The notes under the pieces: model-generated
Told to the model about the DNA's origin: nothing
Databases searched by the model: none
What the model saw: the letters and a program-made list of their open reading frames with translations, nothing else
Origin: Calditrichota bacterium
GTDB taxonomy: Bacteria; Electryoneota; B3-LCP
Assembly (NCBI GenBank): GCA_020051775.1
Contig: JAGVQJ010000163.1
Coordinates: 2,928-66,927, forward strand
DNA: 64,000 bases
Direction: 5' to 3'
Shown here: positions 63,268 to 64,000 of the stretch, in pieces
How positions within the stretch are numbered: position 1 is the stretch's first letter
Layout: the number at the start of each line of letters is the position of its first letter
Translations under genes and position numbers: made by a program

Positions 63268-64000
63268 ATGGATCTGAAAGAGATAGTGCAGACCGCCCTT
63301 CAAGAGGACATCGGTTCTGGTGACTGGACAACGCGATTGTTGATCACACCTAAAACCTGCGGAAGTGGCAAAGTGGTGGCCAAATCGGATGGAATACTAT
63401 CCGGAATTGTTGTTTTTACTGAAGTTTTTCGCCAACTTGACGAATCAATAATTGTACACTCCGCATTTTCTGACGGACAGGCCGTGAGTTCCGGCGACGT
63501 TATCATGGATCTGGAAGGATCAATAGCTGCGCTTTTGGCCGGCGAACGCGTTGCTTTGAATTTCCTGCAGCGACTCTCAGGTATTGCCACGTTGACTCGA
63601 TCGTTCGTTGAAGCAGTGCGTGGTACCGGAACTACGATCCTGGACACGCGCAAAACGACTCCGGGTTTGCGTTTGCTGGAAAAAGCAGCGGTGCTGCACG
63701 GCGGCGGGAAAAACCATCGCCAAGGCCTGTATGATATGATCCTCATCAAGGATAATCACATATTCTCTTGCGGCGGAATCTCTGCGGCGTTGAAACGCGC
63801 TTTTACCGCGCGTAAAGAAATGCCATTGCCTCTACCGGTTGAAATCGAAGTAAAAGATTTAGAGGAGTTGGCGGAGGCCCTTCTATACGCTCATGATCTT
63901 GAACGCATTATGCTGGATAATTTCACCGTCTCAATGGTGCGGGAAGGCGTATTACGTACGGGTAAACGTGCACCCCTCGAAGTTTCTGGCGGGGTGACTC
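63268..64000 (+). CDS. nadC: Nicotinate-nucleotide (quinolinate) pyrophosphorylase, 5' part (3' end outside the window)
   Basis: My own translation from ATG 63268: MDLKEIVQTALQEDIGSGDWTT..., later ERVALNFLQRLSGIATLT and ILDTRKTTPGLRLLEKAAVLHGGGKNHRQGLYDMILIKDNH. It is absent from the ORF track because there is no stop inside the window. Confidence 0.88.
   Translation, partial: MDLKEIVQTALQEDIGSGDWTTRLLITPKTCGSGKVVAKSDGILSGIVVFTEVFRQLDESIIVHSAFSDGQAVSSGDVIMDLEGSIAALLAGERVALNFLQRLSGIATLTRSFVEAVRGTGTTILDTRKTTPGLRLLEKAAVLHGGGKNHRQGLYDMILIKDNHIFSCGGISAALKRAFTARKEMPLPLPVEIEVKDLEELAEALLYAHDLERIMLDNFTVSMVREGVLRTGKRAPLEVSGGVT

Noticed and set aside
63300-63749. A 149-aa minus-strand ORF, the only ORF the track lists in this region.
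   Set aside because: The plus strand encodes an unmistakable NadC N-terminal and catalytic region from ATG 63268. The minus ORF is its antisense shadow.
1-64000. A search by eye for CRISPR arrays, IS elements, prophage or toxin-antitoxin pairs.
   Set aside because: I saw no regularly spaced repeats, no transposase, integrase or recombinase-like ORFs, and no small paired ORFs of toxin-antitoxin type. Intergenic regions are short and explained by promoters, terminators or leaders.

Overview
The window is a 64 kb chromosomal segment that is densely coded and mostly housekeeping. I saw no transposase, integrase, phage genes or CRISPR array. Gene content points to a Gram-negative of the Fibrobacteres-Chlorobi-Bacteroidetes (FCB) superphylum, but outside classical Bacteroidia. 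Supporting this are a fused LpxC-FabZ, PorV-, PorD- and PorX-like type IX secretion (T9SS) parts, and cargo with T9SS C-terminal sorting domains. Against Bacteroidia are canonical TTGACA-17-TAnAnT promoters, frequent GGAGG ribosome-binding sites and a flagellin gene.

Gene order, left to right:
- Outer-membrane and lipid A block: tamB-like (partial), bamA, skp, lpxD, lpxC-fabZ, lpxA, plus an overlapping LplA-like gene.
- An outer-membrane barrel, dxr, rseP, a TPR protein, a lipoprotein and two glycosyltransferases.
- rplM-rpsI, then rpsB-tsf-pyrH-frr-ferredoxin.
- On the minus strand, a MerR-like gene and flagellin behind a near-consensus sigma28 promoter.
- Heptose genes hldA and hldC, split by tRNA-Val(CAC).
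- ffh-rpsP-KH-rimM-trmD-rplS.
- A cobalamin riboswitch driving a 5.7 kb uptake operon: an ECF-S-like membrane protein, a degenerate TonB-dependent-receptor (TBDR)-like barrel, a canonical TBDR and a beta-propeller lipoprotein.
- A four-gene operon: TBDR, a 1009-aa protein with a sorting-domain-like C-terminus, a PorV-like barrel and an ImpE/TagJ-like protein. This is the most unusual candidate system.
- A PorD/DUF4835-like gene divergent from two uncharacterised barrels.
- An orphan receiver, then the cell-wall genes mltB-like, amidase, murI and folC, then rho.
- A minus-strand operon: S8 protease with T9SS sorting domain, DUF2520, porX, tsaE, tsaB and cdaA.
- mltG, pcrA/uvrD and the 5' part of nadC. 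nadC is missing from the ORF track because it runs off the window.

All family assignments come from motif and architecture recognition by eye. No searches were run.
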